Positions 1 to 12,654 of a stretch of 64,000 nt of DNA are shown here, piece by piece. Below the pieces are notes generated by a model. That model worked only from the letters and a program-made list of their open reading frames with translations. It had not been told where the DNA came from and did no database searches. Position 1 is the first letter of the stretch. Every line of letters starts with the position of its first letter. The DNA comes from Eledone cirrhosa (Eukaryota): NCBI GenBank assembly GCA_964016885.1, contig OZ024741.1, positions 218,922,001 through 218,986,000 of the forward strand, given 5' to 3'. A program made the position numbers and the translations under genes.

Positions 1-110
1 TCTATTGTTTCTGATGGTGTAAGTGGCTTGACGTAATTCTCAGGGAGATTCAGCGTGACACAGTGTGTAACATGGCTAGTCTTTGAATTACAGATACAGT
101 ACACTTTTAG

Positions 111-330
111 TGGTTAGAGCATTGGCCTTGCAATCGAAAGGTTGTGAGTTCAATTCTCGGACCGGGTGATGTGTTGTTTCCTTGAGCAAGACACTTTATT
201 TCACGTTGCTCCAGTTTACTCAGCTGTAGAAATGAGATGATAGGACTGGGGTCCCTATCATTAAATTACCCAAGACACCTCCAGCGAGATATACCTTGGA
301 GGTGGCCAGCTAAACCTGCATAGGTGTGAG
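111..330 (+). mobile_element. tRNA-derived CORE-type SINE
   Basis: A-box-like TGGTTAGAGC, B-box-like GAGTTCAATTC, then CORE-like CCTTGAGCAAGACACTTTATTTCACGTTGCTCCAGTTTACTCAGCTGTAGAAATGAG; an inverted sister copy lies at 28321-28610. Confidence 0.75.
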
Positions 331-572
331 CTGTCACACACGCACATGTAGACCTTTTAGGATGGTATAAGTGGCTAAACATTTCACTGACACGAGTACT
401 CTTAACATAATTCTGAGGGAGATCCAGCATGGCACAGTATGTAACAAAGCTGGCTCCTTAAGGTCTTCTCGAAGCTATGGTAAATAACACATGCCCAAGA
501 TGTGATGCAATAGGATCGAACTATTGATTGGGAACTGAACTTCTTAAACATTCGGTCACCTTGTGTACACAG

Positions 573-673
573 AAGGAGATGAGGAGGACACAGAGCACGT
601 GGTTAACGACGGCCGCCCCACCCTGCTACACATTTACAAATGTCACCAAGATATCATTCAGACCTGTGTATGA
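573..673 (+). CDS. candidate terminal coding exon of an unidentified host gene (GDEEDTEHVVNDGRPTLLHIYKCHQDIIQTCV*)
   Basis: Non-repetitive GC-richer island, AG at 571-572, open frame to TGA at 671-673, C-terminal T-x-V; weak polypyrimidine tract, no homolog recognised. Confidence 0.3.
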
Positions 674-744
674 CATGACATTGTTGCTAACGAACGACGA
701 AATGTCATCAGTAGGAGGGAAAGCCCTGGGACAAATGTCATCGT

Positions 745-845
745 TATCGTCACAATCATCATCACTATCACCTCCACCACCACTATGATCATCCTCATCA
801 TCATCATCATCATCATCATCACCACCACTAACAACGATCATGATT
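745..845. repeat. (ATC)n/(ACC)n microsatellite
   Basis: Direct reading. Confidence 0.9.
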
Positions 846-857
846 TCATTTCATCTT

Positions 858-1620
858 GGCACCAGCACTACCACTTTACAGAGTATACTGGTTGTATTTT
901 ATCATGACACTAACACTACCCCTTTACAGAGTGTACTGGGTGTATTTTATCATGGTACCAGTGCTACCACTTTACATAGCATGCTGGGTGCGCTTTATCG
1001 TGGCCCCAACACTGGCACTTTACAGAAGGGACTAGTTGATTTTTTTTATCGTGGCACCAGCACTACCACTTTACAGAGTGTACTTGGTGCACTTTATCGT
1101 GACTCCAACACTAGCACTTTACAGAAGGAACTAGCTACTTTCTGTCGTGGTGTCAACATTACCACTTTACCGAGTGCATTGAGTGCTTTTTATCGTGACT
1201 CCAGCGCAACCGCTTTACAGAATGTATTAGGTACATTTTATCATGGTACCATTTCTACTACTTAAAGTGTACTGGGTGCATTTTATCATGAAACCTGCAT
1301 TGCCACTTTACAGAGAGTACTGGGTGTATTTTATCATAGCACCAACACTTCCATTTTACAGAGTGTACCGGGTGTATTTTATCATGGGACCAACACTATC
1401 ACTTTACAGTGTACTGGGTTTATTTTACTATAACTCCAACACTACCACTTTACAGAGTGTCCTGGGTGTATTTTATCATGACACCAACACTATCACTTTA
1501 CAGTGTACTGGGTGTTTTTTTACCATAATACCAACACTACCACTTTACAAAGTGTACTGGGTGTATTTTACCATAACACCAACACTACCACTTTACAAAG
1601 TGTAGTGGGTGTATTTTACC
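858..1620. repeat. degenerate 48-bp minisatellite, about 16 copies, related to the RTE LINE 3' UTR
   Basis: Unit ~CACCAACACTACCACTTTACAGAGTGTACTGGGTGTATTTTATCATGG; resembles 55181-55275. Confidence 0.85.
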
Positions 1621-1636
1621 ATATATATATATATGC

Positions 1637-2119
1637 ATACCACTGTACGTCTGTATACATATATGTATGTACGTATACATACTTATATATATATATATAT
1701 ATATATACATACATGCACACATATATATATGTACGTATGGATTCACCGAACATTTATTATAATGCTCGGTGTGTTTGTAAACAAACATCCCGAATTAAGC
1801 CGTACAGTATCTAGCAACCATCGTTGCTCATCTGTTCAACACTGACAAAGGAACGCTGTACTAGTTTCAAGCTTATTAGCTATCGTCAGCAACGTATACC
1901 TTCCTGCCAGATGGTTGAACGTCTGAAAGTATATACTTTCCTTATGCATATTAACGGCTGAGCAGCCTAATTTGCATATCGAGTGAGTTAATCGGCCGGG
2001 GTACCGAAAACGATAAACGGAAAAAAGAAACGAAATTTCATTTCTCACTCTTAGTACAATTGTTACTTAAATATAAGTATGTATACGTACATACATATAT
2101 GTATACAGACGTACAGTAG

Positions 2120-2125
<6 letters not shown>
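1637..2125 (-). mobile_element. Penelope-like pseudo-LTR module carrying a hammerhead, bounded by (TA)n
   Basis: Same sequence as 6630-7268, which abuts a PLE RT fragment; ~1637-1688 is an inverted copy of ~2072-2123. Confidence 0.7.
1853..1895 (-). ncRNA. type I minimal hammerhead ribozyme
   Basis: Minus strand: ACGUUG-CUGACGA-uAGCU aaua AGCUu-GAAA-CUAG-UA^-CAGCGU; palindromic stem III ACUAGU. Confidence 0.85.
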
Positions 2126-3025
<900 letters not shown>

Positions 3026-3112
3026 GTATGTATATATATATATATTACTTCAAAATATTAATAAATATAGACATTCATGTGATCATATATATTTTATTGT
3101 ACATATTTCAGA

Positions 3113-3152
3113 GATACTGAGCTATTTCAACAGTACGTCCTCATCAGATAAA
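3113..3152 (-). ncRNA. degenerate hammerhead-like motif
   Basis: CUGAUGA-GGAC guacu GUU-GAAA-UAGC-UC, with poor stems I and III. Confidence 0.3.
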
Positions 3153-3850
3153 ATAAGTTGATGCCTGACATACCTTGACTATGTTGATGGTTATAATTTA
3201 GTCATGGCTGTGATTAGTTATGACAAAACTTAATATTTATATACCTTGAGTTGAAACATGAAAAATTACATATAATACAGAGGGTGCGTATGAGAATGTG
3301 TATAAAGATATATACTAATAAATAACTAATAATATATAATACATAAACTTCTATAACTGTTAAAAATTTAAATAATAATAAGATATGCTTACCTCATTAT
3401 TGCAGATAGTGGAAGTGAGAGATCGAGAAAGCAAAGCATGAGGAAAGAGAGAAAAAGAAAGAGATTTGATCGTAGGAACAAAAGAAGGGAGAAATGATCA
3501 AAGGATAGAGAGAAGAAATGAAAATAAGTTTAATAGTATAAACAAAGGGAGGAAGATATGCATTGTAACGTATAAATAGCGTATAATTATATAGGGTGGG
3601 GGAGGGAGGGGGGAATATCTAGGCATATGATGCGTGACCGTTTATTTTCAAATCTTAAGTTAATTAGAAATAGTCAATTAATCAATTAATCGAATGACAT
3701 AAGATTTTAGACTATAAAATTTGAAAGGATTTATATTATTGTATTATACCAGAGTTAAAGCAAATGTAACGTGAAAGAGATAAATTTATGTTTATCATAA
3801 CTCCAAAGGTAATCACAAGTATATTTAAAAGTATATTAAAATTAAGAATA

Positions 3851-3999
3851 TCTACTTATATATATAACCAGCAATTTCTCTGTCTGTCTGTCCGGCAGTG
3901 GAAACACGTGCGCGCGTGCGAATGTTTTTTGCGCACACGTAGAGAGAGTGAGAGTGAAAGAAAGAGACAGACTACGAGAGGGGGATAGCGGGAGGGAGA

Positions 4000-4074
<75 letters not shown>

Positions 4075-4296
4075 TAGACGCTAAAACACGTGCGCGCGTG
4101 CGAATGTTTTTTGCGCACGCGTAGAGAGTGAAAGAAAGAGACAGACTACAAGAGGGGGATAGCGGGAGGGAGAGAGGGGGAATTGAGGAGTGCTACAGAA
4201 ACATATATACATTTCTGTGTGTGTGTAATATATATATATATACACACACAGAAATATATATATACACACAGAAATATACATACATTTCTGTGTGTG

Positions 4297-4361
<65 letters not shown>

Positions 4362-4428
4362 GAAATATATATACATTTCTGTGTGTGTAATATATATATA
4401 TATACACACAGAAATATATGGGCATTTC

Positions 4429-4462
<34 letters not shown>

Positions 4463-4480
4463 CTTCCCTAAAACTCAAAT
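3851..4480 (+). mobile_element. Helitron-like non-autonomous 5' fragment with an internal ~100-bp tandem duplication and GA/TA microsatellites
   Basis: TCTACTTATATATATAA...TTTCTCTGTCTGTCTGTCC start, similar again at ~4945; 3902-4005 repeats at 4084-4180. Confidence 0.4.
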
Positions 4481-5358
4481 GTAGGTGCTACAGAAATATT
4501 ACCTTCCCCTTCCTTTCTCCACTTTGGTACTACCAAGAGAAACACTGTCGCTATAGAAACATTACCTTCCCCTCTCCATTGACTTTGGTCACTGAGGCCG
4601 AGGGAATCGCTGGTTGCTATAGAGACACCTTGCACAAGCCAGAAGTAACAAGTTTGAGGCGGTTCTGACTTGACACCATGCCAAGGACCATTTGAAGAAG
4701 GTTGCCATTGAATTTGTGGTTTGAAGAAGGTTGCCATTGAATTTGTGGTTGTTGCTGCTGATAATAAGGACCATTTGAAGAAGGTTGCTGCTGATGAGAT
4801 AATTTATTAATCAGATTGCGCAGTTCCATAACCTACGTTTGATTTGTTCAATTTTTTTCTTCAATTTTTGTTGTTGTTTTTTTAAATTTCTTATTGAAAA
4901 AATATAAATAATAAAATAAGGTTAGAAATTTAAATACAATTAAATCTACTTCTAATATATAATGGGCATTTCTCTGTTTGTTTGTCTGTCTGTCCGTCTG
5001 TAAAAAATGCCAAGGAAACAAATAGACGCGGTTTCAAATCTCTATGCTTTTCAAATTCATTACATTAATCTTTATTTATACGTTTCGCTTTACGAGTGTT
5101 TCGACTTACGAGTGTTTCGACTTACGAGTGTTTCGGCTTACGAGTGTTTCGGCTTATCATTATATATAAACGTTTCTATTTCCATCGTTTTATCGTAAAC
5201 GTTTATATATTTCCATCGTTATATCATAACGTTTATGTATCATAACGTTTATATTTCCGTCACTAATCTCTTTTTCTCCTTTTTCGTTTTAACATATTTA
5301 TTTCAAAGATTTCACATCCAAATCTCAACAATATCAGTATATACACTAGATTTGCTAG

Positions 5359-6190
5359 TCTATATATATAAAACTGAGGATGTCTGTCTGCTTGTGTGTG
5401 AGTTCGAATCCCTAAAACTCGAGAACCACCAAACCGACTATTTTCAAACTTTACACATATAATACTTATGTTTCAGGGAGTGTTCTGAGCAAAAAGAATT
5501 TCAAATTTTCAATGCCCTAGGGACCGCATTAGGCGATCTCGCTCTATAATTCTTAGTCTTTCTCTTTTTAGATAGGTACATACATATAACGTCGTGCCCT
5601 TATAATATCTGTTGTGTATGTCTGACTGTCTGCATTATGTCACTTCCCTGAGGATGTATGTCTGTTTGTGTGTGTGTGTATGTGTCTGTGAGTTTGAATC
5701 CCTAAAACTCGAGAAGTACCCAACCGATTTTTTTAAAACTTTACATGTGTATTACTTATGTTTCAGGGAGTTTTATGCACATAAAAAATTCAACCTTTTT
5801 TTATCTCCTAGGGCCCGCATTGGGTGAAAAACTGCGTTTTTAAAGATTTTTAGCGGTTTTTTTAGGTGTTACGTCAGACCGATTTCCTTGAAATTGTAGC
5901 TATATATTAGCCAGTCTCTTCTTCATACCGTAAGCAAAGAAAATCCAACTTTCTTATGGCCTAGGTGAAAAACTTCATTAGGTGAAAAACTTCATTAGGT
6001 GAAAAACTTCATTTTTGCAGCTTCTTAGGGCTTTTTGGAGGTGTTACGTCTAGTGGATTTTCCCGAAATTTCAAGGCATATTATGCACATAAAAAATATT
6101 CATTTTCTTGAACCCCAGGGCCCGCATTAGGTGAAAACCTGCATTTTTCCTGCTTCATCGAGGAAAATCTTAAAGATTATCCAGCCATCA
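5359..6190 (+). mobile_element. non-autonomous Helitron-like element, 5' portion, with internal duplications
   Basis: TCTATATATATAAAA start, (TGTC)/(TG) tract, AACCGATTTT..AAACTT motif; 5374-5520 duplicated at 5648-5810. Confidence 0.5.
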
Positions 6191-6195
6191 GAGTA

Positions 6196-6603
6196 TTATA
6201 ACGCCTCGTTATAATATCCAGCTTTTTCATCAAAAATGGATTTGTTAGCGGATAATCTAGTTAAGCGTTTTTGAACATTATTGACTATTGCATTTTTCAC
6301 GGATTTAGCGTGATTAGAGTAATAGTTAACGTAATTTAGGTTTTCATCGGGCTTGTGGAAGGGGTAATATAGTCCTGAATTTAAATTAAGGGTGACATCA
6401 AGGAAGTTAACTACTTTAGTGCTACTTTCAACTTTTAATTTGAGGTCATAATTTTTAAAGAATTCTATTATTGTTTTCTTAACCCTATTTAGTTCTATAT
6501 TGCTATGTTTAACTACAGTAAATAACATATCATCCCTATATAAACCACCGGTAATCTCCAGAAATTTTCTATTTACCATATTGAGGATAAAAATTCCCAG
6601 AAG
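6196..6603 (-). pseudogene. Penelope-like reverse transcriptase fragment
   Basis: GGLYRDDMLF, VNFLDVTLNL, PFHKP..LNYVNYYSNH, RLTRLSAN: same motifs as ORF 17075-18268. Confidence 0.85.
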
Positions 6604-6609
6604 ATCGTT

Positions 6610-7263
6610 TTGTTTACAAACATTATAATAAATGTTTACAAACACACCGAGCATTATAATAAATGTTCGGTGAATCCATACGTACATATATATATATATA
6701 TATATGTGCATGTATGTATATATATACATACTACTGTACGTCTGTATACATATATGTATGTACGTATACATACTTATATTTAAGTAACAGCCGTACTAAG
6801 AGTGAGAAATGAAATTTCGTTTCATTTTTTCCGTTTATCGTTTTCGGTACCCCGGCCGATTAACTCACTCAATATGCAAATTCGGCTGCTCAGCCGTTAA
6901 TATGCATAAGGAAAGTATATACTTTCAGACGTTCAATCATCTGACAGGAAGGTATACGTTGCTGACAATAGCTAATAAGCTTGAAACTAGTACATAGTTC
7001 CTTTGTCAGTGTTGAACAAAAGGGCAACGATCGTTGCTAAACACTGTACGGCTTAATTCGGGATGTTTGTTTACAAACAAACCGAGTATTATAATAAATG
7101 TTCGGTAAATCCATGCGTACATATATATATATATGTGTGCATGTATGTATATATATACATACTACTGTACGTCTGTATACATATATGTATGTACGTATAC
7201 ATACTTATATTTAAGTAACAGCCGTACTAAGAGTGAGAAATGAAATTTCGTTTCATTTTTTCC

Positions 7264-7268
<5 letters not shown>
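6610..7268 (+). mobile_element. PLE pseudo-LTR, partly tandem, inverted relative to the adjacent RT; holds a mutated hammerhead at 6956-7000
   Basis: 6630-6838 repeats at ~7068-7268; core reads CUGACAA instead of CUGACGA. Confidence 0.7.
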
Positions 7269-7299
<31 letters not shown>

Positions 7300-7311
7300 G
7301 TGTGTGTGTGT

Positions 7312-7470
7312 GGTTAATGCCTTCTTGACCACTTTTTCAGTTTTGTACGACTTCTTAACACATTGTTTAGCTCTGGTTTTTAACTATTGAGCACTTTGCC
7401 AGTATCATTTCTGATTTTTGCGTTTCGCTTCGCCTTTCCTACCCGCCGAAATGCGATTCTCGCTGAATCT
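7312..7470. repeat. dispersed repeat, second copy at ~14424-14580
   Basis: Shared GGTTAATG..TTCTT..CCA...TAGCTCTGGT and CTACCCGCCGAAATGCGATTCTCG; both next to (TA)n. Confidence 0.55.
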
Positions 7471-8244
7471 TTATTTGTATATATATATATATATATATAC
7501 ATCTGAAACATCTGGAGACGGATATAAATTAAACATACACACGCACATACACACCCACCCACACATAAAAACACACAAACACACACACATATTCCATTTT
7601 TCTCATATTTATATTTTTTCCTCAGCTGTGACCTGTCTGTTTCTTTCTCACTGCTTCCCCTTTCTCTGTATCTCTCACCTTCTTTTTACCCTCTATGCCA
7701 ATCACACTCTCTCTCTCTCGGCTGGTCTCTTCCTCACACTTCCGCTCACTCGCTCTCTGCTTCTCCCCCTCTCTCACTGCCTCCCGTTTGACCTGTGTTA
7801 CATCCTTTTCTCGCTCACATCTCACCCAGGTCGGATGGTCTGTATCTCTCGTCCATGATTTCACCAAGCTTAAGCTTATAGATATCATGTACTTGTCTCT
7901 TCCTATCTTTACGTTGCAATACCATCTTTGTTTGTTTACATGTCTCGCTCGCCCAATTGGAACCCACTTAAATGGCGAAACATTCTCCTGGTGAGTTTGT
8001 ACATGTGTGACTTAGATATGAGGTTGGTTTCTCATTTTAATTTATACTTTTAATTTTAATGTGTTTCTTTGCCTCTATTAGCTTATATTCTCTTCACGCT
8101 GGTGGTTTGAAATTCCTGTAAAGAAAAACACACTCTTCTGTGTCTTTCCCCTCTATATATTGTATTTTAAAGTGCCCAGGAAAACTCCTTCCTTTGAGCT
8201 CATTTAATTACAGAATTATACGCGAGTCCTTTGCCTAGTTATTT

Positions 8245-8729
<485 letters not shown>

Positions 8730-8761
8730 TTATTTTATGAGATATATTAAAGATCTCATTT

Positions 8762-8884
8762 CCCAAACGAATCGTTTCATTGTAAGATGTCTACATGGTG
8801 GGTGAAATTATACCAAGTTATGTAGAAACTCGTGTAAGATCAATGGATTCTTATGCAAGTGGGCTCTTACAAATCTTCAGTGGG
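8762..8884 (-). ncRNA. type I hammerhead ribozyme with enlarged branched stem II
   Basis: CCCA-CUGAAGA-uUUGUAAGA[~75-80 nt, two hairpins]UCUUACAAu-GAAA-CGA u UCG-UU^-UGGG. Confidence 0.7.
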
Positions 8885-9170
8885 TGCCCAAGTAATATTA
8901 ATATTAATAACTAAATCAACATCAATATTTAGCGATAATCACCATCAGTGCTAGAAGGAGCTGTTAAGTTGTAAGTCCAGCAGTTCGAAAGAAAATCTCA
9001 CACTGTCCCCAAAAAGGGAGGAGGAGGCTACCGTGAAAAATAATACACACGCAGGTCGTTCAACTCTAACAAGAATTCAAGCCTCGTGCGAAGAACTCAA
9101 TTGGATATAAAAAAATATATATATGTGTGTACTGTTTAAGGACACATAGAGATATTTTCTCAAGCAAAAA

Positions 9171-9229
<59 letters not shown>

Positions 9230-9342
9230 ATGTATGTATAGTATATTTGGCAATATACCGTATGTTTAATTAAAAACATTTAGAAGACCATATGCTATCA
9301 GTTTTAAAGTAGTGACTATGTCACTTCTTTTCAGCGAAAGAT

Positions 9343-9397
9343 AGGAGAGAATCTGACAGTCTGTTTCACGCTGTTCATCAGAGCCACGCACTCTCCT
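9343..9397 (-). ncRNA. type I minimal hammerhead ribozyme
   Basis: AGGAGAG..GGCU-CUGAUGA-AC agc GU-GAAA-CAG a CUG-UC^-AGAUU-CUCUCCU; bulged stem I. Confidence 0.7.
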
Positions 9398-9682
9398 GCT
9401 TCCCTTATATATATATACACACTTCCCTTATATAAATATACGTACACACAAGGGCCTTGTTTCAGGGAGGTACCAGGGGACTAGTCCCCGCACCACATAC
9501 ACACTTTTGCAAACGTCTATATTTTATTTTTTGTTTATTTGATATAATAAATTCTTTTTAAGCTTATTTTGTATATCTGAACTTCATTTGAATATATAAA
9601 ATTTAATTAGCGTAAAATTTTACTTATGTGATAGGGTCTGGGAAAGACACCATAAGCAATTTATGCTCCTTTAAGAATCAAC

Positions 9683-11181
9683 ATTTTTTCACGCTCAGAG
9701 TTGCTGAAGCATGGAACAAACTACCTGCATCAGTTGCTAGCTGTTGAGACACTGCATCCTTTAAAAGCTCCATGGAACAGACTACCTGCATCAGTTGTTA
9801 GCTGTCGAGACACTGCATCCTTTAAAACCTCCATGGAACAGACTACCTGCATCTGTTGTTAGCTGTCGAGACACTGCATCCTTTAAAACCTCCATGGAAC
9901 AAACTACCTGCATCTGTTGTTAGCTGTCGAGACACTGCATCCTTTAAAACCTCCATGGAACAGACTACCTACATCAGTTGTTAGCTGTCGAGACACTGCA
10001 TCCTTTAAAACCTCCATGGAACAAACTACCTGCATCAGTTGTTAGCTGTCGAGACACTGCATCCTTTTAAACCTCCATGGAACAGACTACCTACATCAGT
10101 TGTTAGCTGTCGAGACACTGCATCCTTTAAAACCTCCATGGAACAAACTACCTGCATCTGTTGTTAGCTGTCGAGACACTGCATTCTTTAAAACCTCCAT
10201 GGAACAAACTACCTGCATCAGTTGTTAGCTGTCGAGACACTGCATCCTTTTAAACCTCCATGGAACAAACTACCTGCATCAGTTGTTAGCTGTCCAGACA
10301 CTGCATCCTTTAAAACCTCCATGGAACAGACTACCTGCATCAGTTGTTAGCTGTCGAGACACTGCATCCTTTAAAACCTCCATGGAACAGACTACCTGCA
10401 TCAGTTGTTAGCTGTCGAGACACTGCATCCTTTAAAACCTCCATGGAACAGACTACCTACATCAGTTGTTAGCTGTCGAGACACTGCATCCTTTAAAACC
10501 TCCATGGAACAGACTACCTGCATCTGTTGTTAGCTGTCGAGACACTGCATCCTTTAAAACCTCCATGGAACAGACTACCTACATCAGTTGTTAGCTGTCG
10601 AGACACTGCATCCTTTAAAACCTCCATGGAACAAACTACCTGCATCTGTTGTTAGCTGTCGAGACACTGCATTCTTTAAAACCTCCATGGAACAGACTAC
10701 CTGCATCTGTTGTTAGCTGTCGAGACACTGCATCCTTTAAAACCTCCATGGAACAGACTACCTACATCAGTTGTTAGCTGTCGAGACACTGCATCCTTTA
10801 AAACCTCCATGGAACAAACTACCTGCATCTGTTGTTAGCTGTCGAGACACTGCATTCTTTAAAACCTCCATGGAACAAACTACCTGCATCAGTTGTTAGC
10901 TGTCGAGACACTGCATCCTTTTAAACCTCCATGGAACAAACTACCTGCATCAGTTGTTAGCTGTCGAGACACTGCATCCTTTAAAATCTCCATGCTTCCT
11001 GAGATTCGCCAACACTACACCAAATATTCCCCCTCCATACACACACACACACACATGTATATCATGATTCATACACTATTCACTTCCCTGACATTTGAAT
11101 ATTATTCTATGTACTATACATGCACCTTTGACGAGTTGTAGTGCACCTGAGCACTGTACACAATAAGTTCATTATTATTAT
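9683..11181 (+). mobile_element. CR1-group LINE 3' end with (ATT)n tail
   Basis: FFTLRVAEAWNKLPASVVSCRDTASFK..MLPEIRQHY; same 3' end as 45898-46420 and 54240-54770. Confidence 0.85.
9710..10993 (+). repeat. 61-bp tandem array, about 21 copies, derived from the CR1 ORF2 C-terminus
   Basis: Unit CATGGAACAAACTACCTGCATCAGTTGTTAGCTGTCGAGACACTGCATCCTTTAAAACCTC. Confidence 0.95.
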
Positions 11182-11349
11182 TTAAATGTTGGTTAATCCC
11201 CCTCACATTTTAAAGGCAAACAAGGCCCCTACGTACACACACACACCATGGTAAGTGGGGATTTAATGTGTAGGAGTGAGTGGCTTGGGAGATCTAGGTC
11301 GGAAGAAGTAACAGAGTTGATGGCTGTCTTCATGACGTATGGGAATTAA

Positions 11350-11999
11350 CGTCACCACCACCACCACCATCAGCAGCAGCAACATCACCAACATGACTGG
11401 TAGCAGCACCAGTAGCACCAGTAGCAGCATCACCGTCATCTTTACCATCACCGTCAGCAACAGCAGCAGCAACATCACCAACATGACTGGTAGCAGCACC
11501 ATTAGCACCCGTAGCAGCATCACCACCACCATCACCACCACCACCACCACCATCATCACCACCACCACCATCACCACCACCACCATCACCACCACCACCA
11601 CCACCACCATCACCACCACCACCATCACCACCACCACCACCACCAACACCACCACCACCCCTACCATAACCAACAACACCCCACCACCACCAACACCCCA
11701 CCACAACCAACACCACCACCACCATCACCACCACCACCACCAGCAACAACACCACCACCACCACCACCAGCAACAACACCAGAATCAGCAGCACTAACAT
11801 CAGCACCACACCAGCAACAATAACAACAACAACATCATGGTCAACAGCAACAGTGGGTCAAGATAGACCAACTGTGTGGAAATAGTGGCGGGTCTGTGTC
11901 GGTGGAGGTGAATAGGGTTACTGGGGCAGGGTCATCAAACGAACAGGAAATAGAGGCTAGTGGTAGTGGTGCTGGTGCTGGGGGGGGGGGGTAGTGGAG

Positions 12000-12031
<32 letters not shown>

Positions 12032-12440
12032 GGTGGTAGTGGTGCTGGTGCTGGGGGGGTAGTGGAGTTGTTGCTGTTGTTGTTGGTGGTGGTGGTGGAG
12101 TTGGTGGTGGTGGTGGGGGGGAGTAGTGGAGTTGTTGTTGTTGTTGGTGGTGGTGGTGGTGGTGAGGGGTAGTGGAGTTGTTGTTGTTGTTGGTGGTGGT
12201 AGTGGAGTTTGGGGGGGTAGTGGAGTTGGTGGTGGCGGTTGTGGTGGTGGTGGTGGTGGTAGTGGAGTTGGTGATGGTTGTGGAGTTGGTGTGTGCGTGT
12301 GTGGGGGGGGGGGTAGTGGAGGTGGTGGTGGTAGTTGTTATAGCAATAGCGGTGATGATGTTTGTTGTTGTTGTGGTGGTAATAATTGCTGTGATGGCGA
12401 TTGTCGTGATGGTGATGATCATGGAGGCGAAGGTGGTAAT
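11350..12440. repeat. low-complexity (CAC/CAA)n then (GGT/GTT)n tracts around a ~120-bp unique spacer
   Basis: Direct reading; strand polarity flips at ~11840-11960. Confidence 0.85.
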
Positions 12441-12444
12441 ATTG

Positions 12445-12625
12445 GTTTCTACTTTCGGCACAAGGCCAGAAAATACTCAGAGTATTACTGGTACTTTATT
12501 CTATCGACCCCGTAAGGATGAAAGTTAACCTCGGCGGGATTTGAACTCAGAATGGCGAGGGCCGTAACTCTATGCGTCAAAGTATGGCATCCGACCCTCT
12601 ACCGATACTGCCAACCCACCGCCAA
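12445..12625 (-). mobile_element. Meta-type tRNA-derived SINE
   Basis: Reverse complement of TTGGCAGTATCGGTAGAG...GAGTTCAAATCC...CTTTCATCCTTACGGGGTCGATA...GTACCAG. Confidence 0.8.
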
Positions 12626-12654
12626 GGTGACAATAATACATATTTATATATATA

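Larger units (their letters stand above)
9449..11231. mobile_element. hAT-like non-autonomous element with a nested CR1 fragment and satellite
   Basis: TIRs CAAGGGCCTTGTTT / AAACAAGGCCCCTA; 8-bp TSD CGTACACA at 9441-9448 and 11232-11239. Confidence 0.7.

Noticed and set aside
111-165. tRNA gene
   Set aside because: A and B boxes belong to a SINE head; no full cloverleaf and it continues into a CORE-like body
4785-4830. CTGATGA-GAT..ATC hammerhead-like start
   Set aside because: GAAA box absent (AGAT) and no valid cleavage triplet
9710-10993. Possible CRISPR array
   Set aside because: Contiguous 61-bp units without spacers, derived from a CR1 LINE
11263-12528. Gly-, His-, Thr- and Val-rich ORFs
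   Set aside because: Trinucleotide microsatellite translations open in several frames on both strands
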